From the NCBI GenBank assembly GCA_053919585.1, contig CM132803.1: a stretch of DNA of 64,000 bases; one strand, given 5' to 3'. The translations under genes and the position numbers were made by a program. This document shows, one piece after another, positions 52,045-64,000 of this stretch (position 1 is the stretch's first letter; each line of letters opens with the position of its first letter). The notes beneath the pieces were generated by a model, which saw only the letters and a list, made by a program, of their open reading frames with translations, ran no database searches and had not been told where the DNA came from. This DNA is from Euprymna scolopes (taxonomy: Eukaryota).

Positions 52045-54441
52045 ATGTGGGCATCAGCATTTATTTTAATTTCAATTGGACATTTATGTTTTTGTGTGGA
52101 CCTTACATATCATATAGAAGAAGGGAAAAGCCCTGGTACTTATATTGGAGACATTTCTTCCGATTCTCAAGTGATAAAAGACATTTCAACTGAAGATAAA
52201 AAATCTATTCAGTTCAATCTTCTATTACAAGCTGAAACTGGTATATCTCCATTATTTGATATCTCAAAGAAATCAGGAAAACTGTACACATCCCAAACTT
52301 TGGATGCTGAATCAATGTGTATTTTCAAAAAAGAATGTTTTCAAATGATTGATGTTGCTATTCAAAAGGGAACAACTGTTATTACATTATTAGAAGTCAA
52401 AGTCATCATTCAAGATATCAATGACCATCAACCTGAGTTTCCTGATAAAATTGTCAATATAGAATTTTCTGAAGATGATAGTAAAGGAGTTAAACGATCT
52501 ATACCTCATGCTGTAGATCATGATGTATCATCAATAAATTCACAAATAACTTATCAGCTGAATAAGGAACAAAATGAACCATTTTCATTATCTGTCTCCA
52601 AAAATCTTGACGGCACATCTAAATTAGTTATTAATCTTGAAAAAAGACTTGATAGAGAAACTAAAAACTCGTACGAAATTCAAGTAATTGCTAAAGATAG
52701 TGGTTCACCACCAAAACAAAGCATTTTAGATGTTCACGTTTCTGTTATTGATGTCAATGATAATCCACCAATCTTCTCCCAGAATATTTATAATGTTTCT
52801 ATTCAAAATATACATGACAAAACAAAACCAGTTGCCATTATTTCAGCTACAGATTTAGATTCAGGTAAAAACAGTAAAATCCAGTATCATTACAGCACAA
52901 AAACTTTGGATTTTGCAAAACAGTTATTCCAACTAAATGAAGAGAATGGTGAAATTCTTTTGAATAAGAATCCAACTTTAGGACAACAATCAACTTACGA
53001 GTTGTATGTTCAAGCGAAAGATGGAGGAAATCCTTCTTTAAGTTCTATTGCTATAGTCCACATCAATGTGATCAACCAAGAAAATAATCCACCAAAAATA
53101 AAAGTGACTTTTGTCTCCACATCATGGGACAATACAGTGGAGATTTCTGAAAACATCAAAGTAGGAAGTTTCATTGCTTATGTGAAAGTGAGCGACCAAG
53201 ATGAAGGACAGAATGGGGAAGTAAAATGTGAACTAAACCATGATAAATTTCAGCTTCGTATTATGGACAAGCAAAAATATCAAGTAATTGTAAAAAGTAT
53301 ATTAGACAGAGAAAAAGAGGAACAACATGACATCATCATCATTTGTAAAGATAAAGGATCTCCTCCTTTGAAAAGTAAAAGCAGATTCTCAATTAAAGTG
53401 ACAGATTTCAATGATGTACAACCACAATTTTCTAAACAGTCATTTGAATTCTTCATTGATGAAAACCAAAGATCGAAAATTCCTATTGGCACAATCAATG
53501 CCACAGATCCAGACTTGGGACTTGGAGGTAAACTGTCTTTTTCTTTAGTGAGCACCAATAAACAATTTGTACCATTTCGAATCACTGAAAATGGATTAAT
53601 CTCTTCAATTATGTCTTTAGATCATGAGTTTCAAGATACTTATAATTTTGAAGTGTTTGTAAAAGACAAAGGAAGTCCATCATTGAATAACACAGTGAAT
53701 GTGATTGTTAAGGTGAGAGATGAAAATGATAATGCTCCATATTTCACATTTCCCAGTGTTAATCCTTATAATATGGATGTAACATATTACCCGCATCATA
53801 CAAAGAACATCAGCCAGATAAAGGCATCAGACAGTGACAGTCAAGAGAATGCATTTCTAAAATATGAAATAATCAGAGGCAATAGCAAACAGATATTCAG
53901 CATCAACCAGTACACTGGTTTGTTATGTTCAACTCATGTCCTAAGCCAACAAGATGCTGGCTCATATGAGCTGGAGTTTCTAGTGAAGGACAGTGGTAGC
54001 CCAGTTCTATCAGCCAGAACAACTGTATATTTAACACTGACCGTAAGCAACAAGACATCAGAAATGTTAAATGCTGTTAACATCAAAAAAGATAACAAGA
54101 TCCACCTGACTTCAGCAATTATCATTGTGTCTGTAGCAGTGACAATAGCTGTGATCATTACAGCTTCAATCTCAGTGTGTATCCTTCGCTGTTGCAATCC
54201 TCGAAGTGTTCCAGTAGCAGAAGGCGGATATGTGAGTAGTGGTCAGAGACATTTGATAAGTCCTCCTTATCCAGCCAATCCTTGGTCTAATGTTGCTCTT
54301 CCTACAAGTGATGCAGTTGATATGAGAAGAAGCAGTCAACCACCAACACCCAGAATGCAAACCCATCCTTACTCAAGTGCTCAACAAATGCTGTCTTCTC
54401 AAACATCAAAATCACAACCTACCCCACATTCTGTATCTCAG
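52045..54441 (+). CDS. Protocadherin gene 6, large exon
   Basis: Acceptor TTTCAG at 51975, first in-frame ATG 52045, six EC repeats plus TM, donor CAG|GTAAAT. Confidence 0.94.
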
Positions 54442-54623
54442 GTAAATAATTTTTTTTTTTATATATATTATTTTTACAATGGATGTATTTACAATTAAAA
54501 CTGTTTACTTTTATGTCTTTAAATATAAGATTTTGAATATTTAGAAAAAATATCAATGTCCCAATCAATACATTTTCTATTTTTTTTTAATTATAAATAC
54601 AAGAACATAGTGTAGTTAATGTT

Positions 54624-54969
54624 ACATGTGATGGCACCAGGTATGATGTAGAAGAGGGGACAACTAGTTATACTCTAACTATATTTTTTTCTTATAATAT
54701 TTCTCAGTATTACAACATATTTGAGTGTCTATGGAATACAATCAAGGAGTAGTCTGAGGGCATTTCATATATATATATATTATTAGAAATAGGGTTATTT
54801 TTTTTAATATCATTTAGAGGTTTGGTGATGCCCTAGGACAACTCGTTGATTGTATGTCTTAAACACTTAAATATAAGTTCTAGTACTGAGAAATATTATG
54901 AGAAAAGAAAATAGTTTGAATATGACTAGTTGTTTCCCTTTCCACCTCATGACTAGTGCCATCACATGT
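54624..54969. mobile_element. Foldback/MITE-like element with ~140-bp imperfect inverted arms
   Basis: 54624-54763 is the diverged reverse complement of 54828-54969 (ACATGTGATGGCAC...GGGCAT / ATGCCC...GTGCCATCACATGT). Confidence 0.75.
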
Positions 54970-55323
54970 CTGATATATATATATGTTAGAATTTTGTAAA
55001 AAGGATCTATCTATCTATATATATTATTGAAATCTCATTAAAATACAATAGTTGCTACCTTTCTGTATATCTCTAATGCATTGTTAATGAGAATAATTTT
55101 ATTAAGATGGTTGATAGAATTCAATTTAAAAATAATTTATTCTGAATTGGATAAAGTTGAATATATTATACAGATGCTTGCTTATTCATTTTAAATTTCT
55201 TTCACTGAATTCTATATTTCAAGTTCAGTGCAATGATGAATAACTATATAGTAAAAATCTAAATTTTGATCAAGGAATTATCCGGAGTTCTATTAAGTCA
55301 TTAAACACTGTTTCATTTTCTAG

Positions 55324-55471
55324 ATGTATATTCAAGATATTGCATTGCCAAGTGGCAGTGACAGAAGCAAGAAAAGGACAGATAAAGCAATACAAGAATT
55401 TTCCAGACAAAGTTCTACAAAATCTTCTCAGACGAGACAAGGTTGGGAAGATTCAGGACATGATATGTCAG
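55324..55471 (+). CDS. Protocadherin gene 6, cytoplasmic exon A
   Basis: CTAG acceptor, donor TCAG|GTAAT, 148 nt. Confidence 0.88.
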
Positions 55472-55526
55472 GTAATATATGTGCATATTACATTTTTCTA
55501 ATTCTGTTAAGTATATTAAGATAGTA

Positions 55527-55985
55527 TATATGTGTATCTGAAAAAACTATCTAGTTTTGCTTTCAAAATCTTTGTAACTTTACCACCCTTCTTTGTCACA
55601 CTGCTGTAAGAATTTTCTAGAATGTCCCTCAGCTCTGTCATTACAGATCATTAATGATCTGCATGCCTTTAAAACAGATTTCCTTGATGATCTCTTTGAG
55701 GTTTGAGGAAAAAATGTCATATGGAGCAAGATCATGTGAATCGAGTGATTGTTCTGATGCAGCAATATTTTTGTTGGTCAGGAACTGCCAGATGTTCAGG
55801 ATGTTGTGTGGGCAAAAATGAGGTGTGAACAAAACCATGTGGAAACAAATGTAAAAGATGCAGAAAACTAAAATTACAGTTCTATACTCCGACGACATCA
55901 AGCTAAATGCTCATGCTCATGCCTTTTTCACATATAGCTCATATGGCACGACCAGTCCCTTTACTTTTCAGACATGCCTTATATA
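55527..55985 (-). mobile_element. Mariner-type DNA transposon relic
   Basis: DSHDLAPYDIFSSNLKEIIK resembles the mariner YSPDLAPxD motif; decayed TA-flanked termini. Confidence 0.65.
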
Positions 55986-57321
55986 TTACATTTTCATATA
56001 AACATATACAACTCCTGATCTGTTGGGTCAGTGCTGGTGATTGTACTTTAGTGCATACATTTGTGTTCTTAATTAATTGTGAAGGTAAATAGATATTTTA
56101 AAAGTACATCCAGGAGAGAATAAAATTACTGCTTTTAATTTAAGGGGAAATTAGCAAGATTTCATGAATAAATGTTAGATATGTCAGTTGACCAAAAGGT
56201 AAACACATTTTTACCATTTTTAATACTGCTGCTGAATAAAAATATATTTATGTCATCCAATCAAAACTCTTGTTGCTATGGTAACTGATCAAATGTGATT
56301 GTTTTCAGGTTGACATTATTTACATCATTTATTAATGTCATCCCCTTATATTGTTGTTGCTACTACTATTCCCTCTTTTCATTTCTTGTCTCATTCAATG
56401 TGCAGACAAGCATACAAGATTATCAAGGTTTTAGTATTATGTAAATATATTTAAATATTTGTATTTGCATGAAGTTTATTTAAACCAGTATTAACTATAA
56501 ACCTATATTTATGAGACATAGCAATTTGAAATGTGTGTTTATATATATTTATAAATTGTTTTATTTTTATTATCAGTGTTTTTTTTGCTCTCATTTTAAA
56601 AAAGAGTAAATGTTTTAAAATGTAAGGAAAATTTTTTTAATTTAAAACAAAAAATGTCATTTTTTTTAAAAATTTTACCTAAAATAGAAATATATAATCA
56701 ATTACCACATGAAAACTATTAGACAAATATGTATGAAGTTTTCTGTTGACGCCATTTTAAACCTTGATGATGTTTTATGTATACTACTTTTTGAAAGCCA
56801 ACACACCAAATAGACATTGAAAATCCACTTTTCTACTTATAGTAGGAAGAATATGGTACTTGTTTATTTTGGAGAATGAGGTATAATTTAGCATGTTTGT
56901 TAGGGCAGGTATTTTTTTTAATAATATTTCTAATTAAAGATAGTCCTTATACAGCATTAATAATTCTATCAAGTTTATCATGGCAATATATGAAAAGCTA
57001 TATGACAGATATCACAAACAATTTCAATTCTAAGCAATGTAATACATGATTTCTGATTCAAAGTACTCTACCCTTAAGTCTAATGCATTTTCCAATCATC
57101 CTCATATCATACATGTTAAAGGAATTCTTATTAGAAAATCAATGTCATCATCTAAGAAGTCAATGATTATCACCTGAAATTTTCTCATTAAATGTATACA
57201 GAATGTTTACTTTTATTTTTAGACTTTGTTTTAGTTTAATTTAAATTAGTGATACATTCCCAAATAGTAATGAACTCCATTTAAAAGTATATGGATATTC
57301 TTTCCATTCTTTAAAAGTAGT

Positions 57322-57560
57322 GGGTGTAGCATGGTGTTGTGGTTATAAGTTCAGACTATGACTCAGTGTGCTGGATTTAAGTTCTGTTGAAGCTATTGAA
57401 TTACTTCACTAATACCTTTAGAAAAGATATGAATTGATATATTATTCTTTTTCTATCTATAACAGAATTAACCAGACTCTCAAGTCTTTGTTGTGCAACA
57501 AGTAGAAGGAAAACTGTGAAATAATACCAGTATTTCTCTACTGATCCCAGCATTGTTTTC
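57322..57560 (+). mobile_element. Possible decayed tRNA-derived SINE
   Basis: Box A/B-like head (TGGTGTTGTGGTTA...GGATTTAAGTTC) followed by a body of higher GC than its flanks; highly degenerate. Confidence 0.35.
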
Positions 57561-57813
57561 AGTTTTCCTGGACTTTTCCTTTTCCTTACTTATACAAGGC
57601 TGATTCAGGAGAGCTGTGCTTAGAAATTATACAATGCTTGTTTTACTGTAGGTACCCTTCTAGGGGGTATCTATTATCTTTTGAGACAAAAAGGAGACTT
57701 AAACTTTAAAAGTAAATGACAGTTTATTTTGGATAATTATACAACGCATGCTTTAATGTTTTTTTATAATTTGATGCTTAAACCTTTTTTTTTTACTGTA
57801 TTTATTTTTTCAG

Positions 57814-58106
57814 ACATGTATCCTTCACAATACTGCAATTCCCCTCCTTCACAAAGTTATCCTCAGCAGAACACAGAGATGAAGTCCTTAGAACACACTG
57901 TCAGTTATCCTAGTGATACTACTATAGTAGCTAGAGGTTTTTATACACCCTACATAAATGAAAATATTTCTCAAGCAGATTCAAAGTCTTACTCAGGTGT
58001 TGAAAGCAACAGTGGTACTTCTAGTAGACTAGTAAACTCAAGGAATTTACCTGCAAGTGGTAGTCAAATTTCTATCAACAGGCCACTGCCTCCTGTGCCT
58101 CACTAA
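57814..58106 (+). CDS. Protocadherin gene 6, terminal exon B
   Basis: Poly-T CAG acceptor; DMYPSQYCNSPP...RPLPPVPH*. Confidence 0.9.
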
Positions 58107-58905
58107 ATTATATTTTTTTAGTTACATGTTTATTAGATATTTTTCTCAATAAGATTTATATTAATTATTAAATGCAAACATTTTTTTTTTCAAATATTTT
58201 AACTTAAATAGTCTTAGCATTAAAAAAAGTGTGACATTATGCACATTAAAATTATTCTTATTTTTTTACACAACCAAATTATAAAATATTTAAAATCTTC
58301 AGTTAATAATTTAGAAAAATACTTTTCAAAAATAATATTACTATGTTTCAATTCTATATTTCTTCATATATTTAATTTTAAATTTTAGAAATAATATTAA
58401 AAAAAAGAAGCCTAATGTAAATTTAATTCAAAAACATTTTTTGAATTCATAGAAAATCCTGAATTGGTTTAATAATCTTTCCGTAATATTTTCCTCTACA
58501 CAATATATATACAACTATTTAATTTACTTCTAAATATATTATAAATTGCTTAAACTATCAAAATTTAGTTGTGGAGTACATATTAATTCTGTAATTTCAT
58601 TAGAGAAAGTTAAATTGACTTAATAATGTAAATAAGAAATTACTTAGAATTTCTTCATATGACATCAAATCGTTTTACTTCATTGTTAGAGTGATAGAGA
58701 GAAGAAAGTAGATTGTAAGGGAAGAATATCCTGTTTGCATATTGCATCCTGGGAACCCATCATATTTTTTTTTAATTTACCTTATTTTTTACATATAAAT
58801 ATGCAAATATTTCTATTTGAAAAAATATATTGAAATTATAAGATCAAATAAATATTATTTATTTCATAAGAAATGCACCCCTCCCATACTCTAAGAAATA
58901 ATATA

Positions 58906-59019
58906 GTAGCCATTACTCAGCTAACACAGTAGGTAGGACTTTATACAACTCCAAAAAAAATATATACTACCGGAATATACCAACATCGAAAGTGTACCAG
59001 CTGAATTGTTAAGATTAAA
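58906..59019 (+). promoter_or_regulatory. Gene 7 conserved upstream motif and putative non-coding first exon
   Basis: AGCCAT 58908-58913, TAGGA 58934-58938, donor TTAAA|GTAAGT at 59019/59020. Confidence 0.66.
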
Positions 59020-59966
59020 GTAAGTTGGTATATATTGAGTTTTTTTTTTTTAATTTCCTTTGTCTCTTTTGTCATGTAAATGATGAAAAACATTCTAAAA
59101 TTGAAACTGATGAATATAATAATGGTTGCTTTGTGTATGCTAGTTATTTTGCTGATGAAAAATTTGAATATAATGATTTATTAAGTATTTTTAGAGTCAG
59201 ACTTTATTTTATACACACTTCCTTTTTCCCTTTGTATTATTTATTGTCTTTACAGTGAAATAATATAAAATATTACAAACTCAACAAATAATTGATTATC
59301 AGAATTACAATACATTTCTTTTGGCATGATTGATTTCTTGTTTTTCTTTTTCTTCTTATAGATAGGGAATTTTAACTTTATTTATAAATCAAGTTAAATA
59401 CATATTTTTAGAATTACCTAATATCAAATAAAATTTACAATGATATTATATCATCTTATATCTCAGTTTATGCTATCTTAATAGTGTTCATTTTATAAAC
59501 CTAATTGTAATCATTTTTTTAAAAAAATATTTACTATGACTTTTATTAGTATAACAAATGTCTCATTCATTAGATATATTTTAAAACAAATATTTAAGGA
59601 TTTATATTGATTATTATTGGTATACTTTGTTGAATCATTAAATAATTTATTTAACATTGAAATAATTAAGTTTTTAACAGTGTAAAACAATCTGATAATT
59701 TTTATTTATTCATTACAGATTTTTAAAATGTGAATCGAATGATTATGTGATCAATTTGATTGTTCCTAAAATATAATTAGAAACATTTTTAAAAGATTAT
59801 AAAAATATGGTGCAATATTTTAAATTTCATTTGAGTTTTTTGAAAATACTATTAACTAAAATATTATTTCAAAAACTATTTGTAGATGCTTAATACAATG
59901 TTTTGAATATTTGGATTTCAGAGATGGTCAGCTTATGAATGTGTGAGGGAATTTACTTTTAAAAAG

Positions 59967-62363
59967 ATGCTGAAGATTATAGGTTTAATATGTATAATGA
60001 TACATATTGGACTCTGCATAGATAAAACTTACCATGTGGAAGAGGGACGACAACCAGGTACTTATGTGGGTGATGTTGCAAGTGATTCACAAGTGATGAA
60101 GGATATTCCTGATTCTGACCACAGCCTCATTGAATTCAGTCTTCTTCATAAAGGAGCTACTGGCAATTCCCCATTATTTAAAATATCAAAAAGAACTGGA
60201 AAACTTTACACTGCACAAACATTAGATGCAGAATCACTTTGTCATTTTGAAAAGGAATGTTTTCAAATGGTGAATATAGCAGTAAGGAAATCAACAACTG
60301 TTTTCAAGCTATTAGAAATCAAAGTAATAATACAAGACATCAATGATCATCAGCCAGAGTTTCCGGATAAACAAGTTAATGTGAAATTGGATGAAAATGT
60401 ATTAATTGGCACAAAAGTTTCAATTCCAAATGCTATAGACAAAGACATAGGTATTATTAATTCACAAATTACTTATGAACTAAAGAAGACAAAAGATGAT
60501 CCATTCATATTGTCTACAATGAAGAAAGTTGATGGAACATCTGATCTGAGTATAGAATCAGAAGGACTACTCAACAGGGAGATCAAAGAAACTTATTCAG
60601 TTCAAGTAATTGCAAAAGATGGAGGATCCCCACCAAAACAAAGTGCATTAACTGTTCACATTTCAATCACAGATGTAAATGATAATACACCATTATTTTC
60701 TAAAAAGGTTTATAATGTTTCTATTGACAGCAAACACAATGAAGCCAAACCAGTTGTCATATTATCTGCTAAAGATTTAGATTCTGGAGAAAATGGCAAA
60801 GTAAAATATCATATTACGGCTAAAACAACTGAAAGCACAAGAAAGATATTCGACTTAAATGAAATTACTGGAGAATTATTTCTACATAAGAAAGATACAA
60901 TAAATAAGGAAATGATATACAATTTGTATGTAGAAGCAAAAGATGGTGGGAATCCACCTCTACGATCATTAGCAAAGGTTATTGTAATGATGATGAACCA
61001 GCAGAATAAAGCTCCATTAATAGATGTAAACTTTTTCTCTACATCCAGAGAAAACACAGTTGATATTTCTGAGGACATAAAAGTTGGTAGTTTCATTGCT
61101 TATGTGAAAGTAAGTGATGAGGATGCTGGTCAGAATGGAGAGGTGAACTGTGAAATTAAACATGATAAATTTCAGCTTCAGAAGATGGGAATCCTTAAAT
61201 ATCAAGTAATTGTAAAAAGTCCTTTAGATCGTGAAAGAGAAGAGCATCATGATATTATCATCATGTGTCAAGATAAAGGATCTCCTCCTTTGAAAAGTAA
61301 AAGCAAGTTCTCTGTTAAAGTGATGGATGTTAACGATGTAGAACCAGTGTTTTCTAAACAATTATTTAAATTCTTCATTGATGAAAACCAGAGATCAAAA
61401 ATTCCTATTGGCACAATCAATGCCACAGATCCAGACTTGGGACTTGGAGGTAAACTGTCTTTTTCTTTAGTGAGCACCAATAAACAATTTGTACCATTTC
61501 GAATCACTGAAAATGGATTAATCTCTTCAATTATGTCTTTAGACCATGAGTTTCAAGATACTTATAATTTTGAAGTGTTTGTAAAAGACAAAGGAAGTCC
61601 ATCATTGAATAACACAGTGAATGTGATTGTTAAGGTGAGAGATGAAAATGATAATGCTCCATATTTCACATTTCCCAGTGTTAATCCTTATAATATGGAT
61701 GTAACATATTACCCGCATCATACAAAGAATATCAGCCAGATAAAGGCATCAGACAGTGACAGTCAAGAGAATGCATTTCTAAAATATGAAATAATCAGAG
61801 GCAATAGCAAACAGATATTCAGCATCAACCAGTACACTGGTTTGTTATGTTCAACTCATGTCCTAAGCCAACAAGATGCTGGCTCATATGAGCTGGAGTT
61901 TCTAGTGAAGGACAGTGGTAGCCCAGTTCTATCAGCCAGAACTACTGTATATTTGACACTGACCGTAAGCAACAAGACATCAGAAATGTTAAATGCTGTT
62001 AACATCAAAAAAGATAACAAGATCCACCTGACTTCAGCAATTATCATTGTGTCTGTAGCAGTGACAATAGCTGTGATCATTACAGCTTCAATCTCAGTGT
62101 GTATCCTTCGCTGTTGCAATCCTCGAAGTGTTCCAGTAGCAGAAAGCGGATATGTGAGTAGTGGTCAGAGACATTTGATAAGTCCTCCTTACCCAGCAAA
62201 TCCTTGGTCTAATGTTGCTCTTCCTACAAGTGATGCAGTTGATATGAGAAGAAGCAGTCAACCACCAACACCCAGAATGCAAACCCATCCTTACTCAAGT
62301 GCTCAACAAATGCTGTCATCACAAACATCAAAGCCACAACCTATTCACGATTCTGCATCTCAA
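59967..62363 (+). CDS. Protocadherin gene 7, large exon
   Basis: Acceptor TTTCAG at 59921, first in-frame ATG 59967, six EC repeats plus TM, donor CAA|GTAAGT. Confidence 0.94.
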
Positions 62364-62513
62364 GTAAGTATGTTTATATCTTTGACTTTCTTGCTTTGAT
62401 ATTTTTAATACATATAATAAAAATCTTTTCTACAATTTGAAACATTGTGATTTAATATCTTCACCAACTTACATTGTCAGTTTGGTCTAATTTCTTTATT
62501 TTAATTTTCGCAG

Positions 62514-62676
62514 ATGTATATTCAAGATATTGCACTGCCATCGAACAGCAAGAGATGTAATAAAAGAACTATCAACACACAAGGATTTTCCAGTAGAAGT
62601 TCCATAAAATCTACACACAATGAAAATCATCAAGGACTGAATGAAAGAAACTCAAGTCAAACTGAAGAAATATCAG
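62514..62676 (+). CDS. Protocadherin gene 7, cytoplasmic exon A (terminal exon expected beyond the window)
   Basis: Same translation as gene 5 exon A; GCAG acceptor, TCAG|GTTTGT donor. Confidence 0.88.
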
Positions 62677-62834
62677 GTTTGTCTCTGAATATCCATATTG
62701 ATATATTTCCTATAATCTCACATTATATCTTGCTTTAAGATAACTCATTAATTTGAGATGCAAGTGATTTTTTTTATTTGAATAGGTTTCTTTACTTTTT
62801 TGTTAATATACTTTATTTAGAATTTCAATTCGTA

Positions 62835-62890
<56 letters not shown>

Positions 62891-63379
62891 TTAAATAGTT
62901 TAGCTGTGTATCAGTATGACAAAATATCTAAATGCTGCTAAAAATTCACTATTACAAAATGCCTTGAAAAACTGATTAAGGAATAATTATAAGTATTGAT
63001 ACAATTGGTCTATTTTTTATCTTAAATTCATATTGAATTAGAACAAGTATTCTACTAATAGAATTCACCCTGAACAGAACGATTTAAACCATTTTCTCTT
63101 ATTAAAATTAAAATCAATATATATATGCTCCTAAACCTTATGTTCAGAATCTTTATTCTAATTGTGATCAAATTCCATTAAATTTAAAAGAATATTTATT
63201 AATTGAATTATCGTTAAAATTTAATAAAAATGGGAGATATCTGAAAATTGACAAAGGACTCCTCCACCCTTTGTATGAAACTAAATATAATGCAGTATAT
63301 ATATATATATTCAAGCAGACATTATTAAATGCAACAGAGATACTTTGCTTCATGATTCTTTTTTTTTTTTTTTTTTGAT

Positions 63380-64000
63380 AAATACTAATGAAGGTTCCAT
63401 AATTGTTGCTGTCACGAGTGGTTTTGATTCACACATGAATCATCATTAGGTGTTGAGGAAGTAAAAGTGAGAAGGAGTGAAAATAGAAATTAAAAAGTGA
63501 AAAGTAAAATATACATTAAATCGCATTAGGTGATGGTAAGGTAAAATATATAAAGTCGATTAAAATATAGATCGATTAAAAATTATTGTATTAAAATCAG
63601 CAAGTTCATGGGAACTATTGGTGAAGTCCGTCCATTACACGCTTCGCAAGATATTTTAACACATTGCTGCTTTTCTCGAATTATTTATAGTAGGGTGATG
63701 AGTTCCAATATAAGATGCTTCAAGAATATTTGAATTTTTTAAGATTAATTTAAATATAATTTTTGTGTTGTCAATGACGATTTTTCTAAGATTGGAGTGG
63801 GAACAGTTGGGTTCTGTTATTAAATCTTGATATATAGTGTTAGTATTGTTTAAATGCATGGTGATTCGCCGGGACAACGTTGTCGTTGTATGCCCGATGT
63901 ATTATTCTTATATTTATTTTACAAAGTTACATTCTCCTAGAGAGCATTTGAATTTATACACTACATTGGTTTGTTCCAATGTTTTTATAGCCACCGAGGA
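63380..64000 (-). mobile_element. Penelope-like element, paralogous copy of the insertion in gene 5 intron 3 (runs off the window)
   Basis: Near-identical to 46050-46670 including upstream flank; GIY-YIG relic; hammerhead relic at 63413-63452. Confidence 0.85.

Noticed and set aside
711-58939. CRISPR-like or recombination-signal reading of the fixed 20-bp-spacer motif
   Set aside because: Copies are 8-14 kb apart, single, co-oriented and tied to first-exon donors; the spacers are homologous to each other; no cas or recombinase gene is present. A promoter role is simpler.
1627-62676. Vertebrate-type cluster with variable exons spliced to one shared set of constant exons
   Set aside because: Each gene has its own intact tail exons and stop codon.

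Overview
AT-rich animal genomic DNA containing a head-to-tail tandem array of seven protocadherin genes on the + strand (six complete, the seventh cut off before its last exon). The architecture best fits a coleoid cephalopod protocadherin cluster, but the taxon is inferred, not shown. Every gene has the same plan: a short non-coding first exon, a ~2.4 kb exon (signal peptide, EC1-EC6, TM, proximal tail), and two private cytoplasmic exons (MYIQD..., D.YP.QYCN...RPLPPVP). Four things stand out. (1) An indel-free 924-bp block (EC5-EC6-TM-proximal tail) is almost identical in all seven genes, while EC1-EC4, introns and tail exons have diverged; EC1-EC4 are patchworks shared among subsets of paralogs. 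(2) A fixed-spacing motif GYAGCCAT-N5-AG-N4-CA-N7-YAGGAY lies ahead of all seven genes. (3) The EC3-EC4 Ca2+ linker is degenerate in all seven proteins. (4) The proteins end in a class I SH3 ligand. Introns 2 and 3 carry decayed transposons: CR1-like LINEs (one with a nested solo LTR and a Merlin element), a Gypsy relic, Penelope-like elements with degenerate hammerheads, a mariner relic and MITEs. There is one 142-N assembly gap. All alignments were done by eye.
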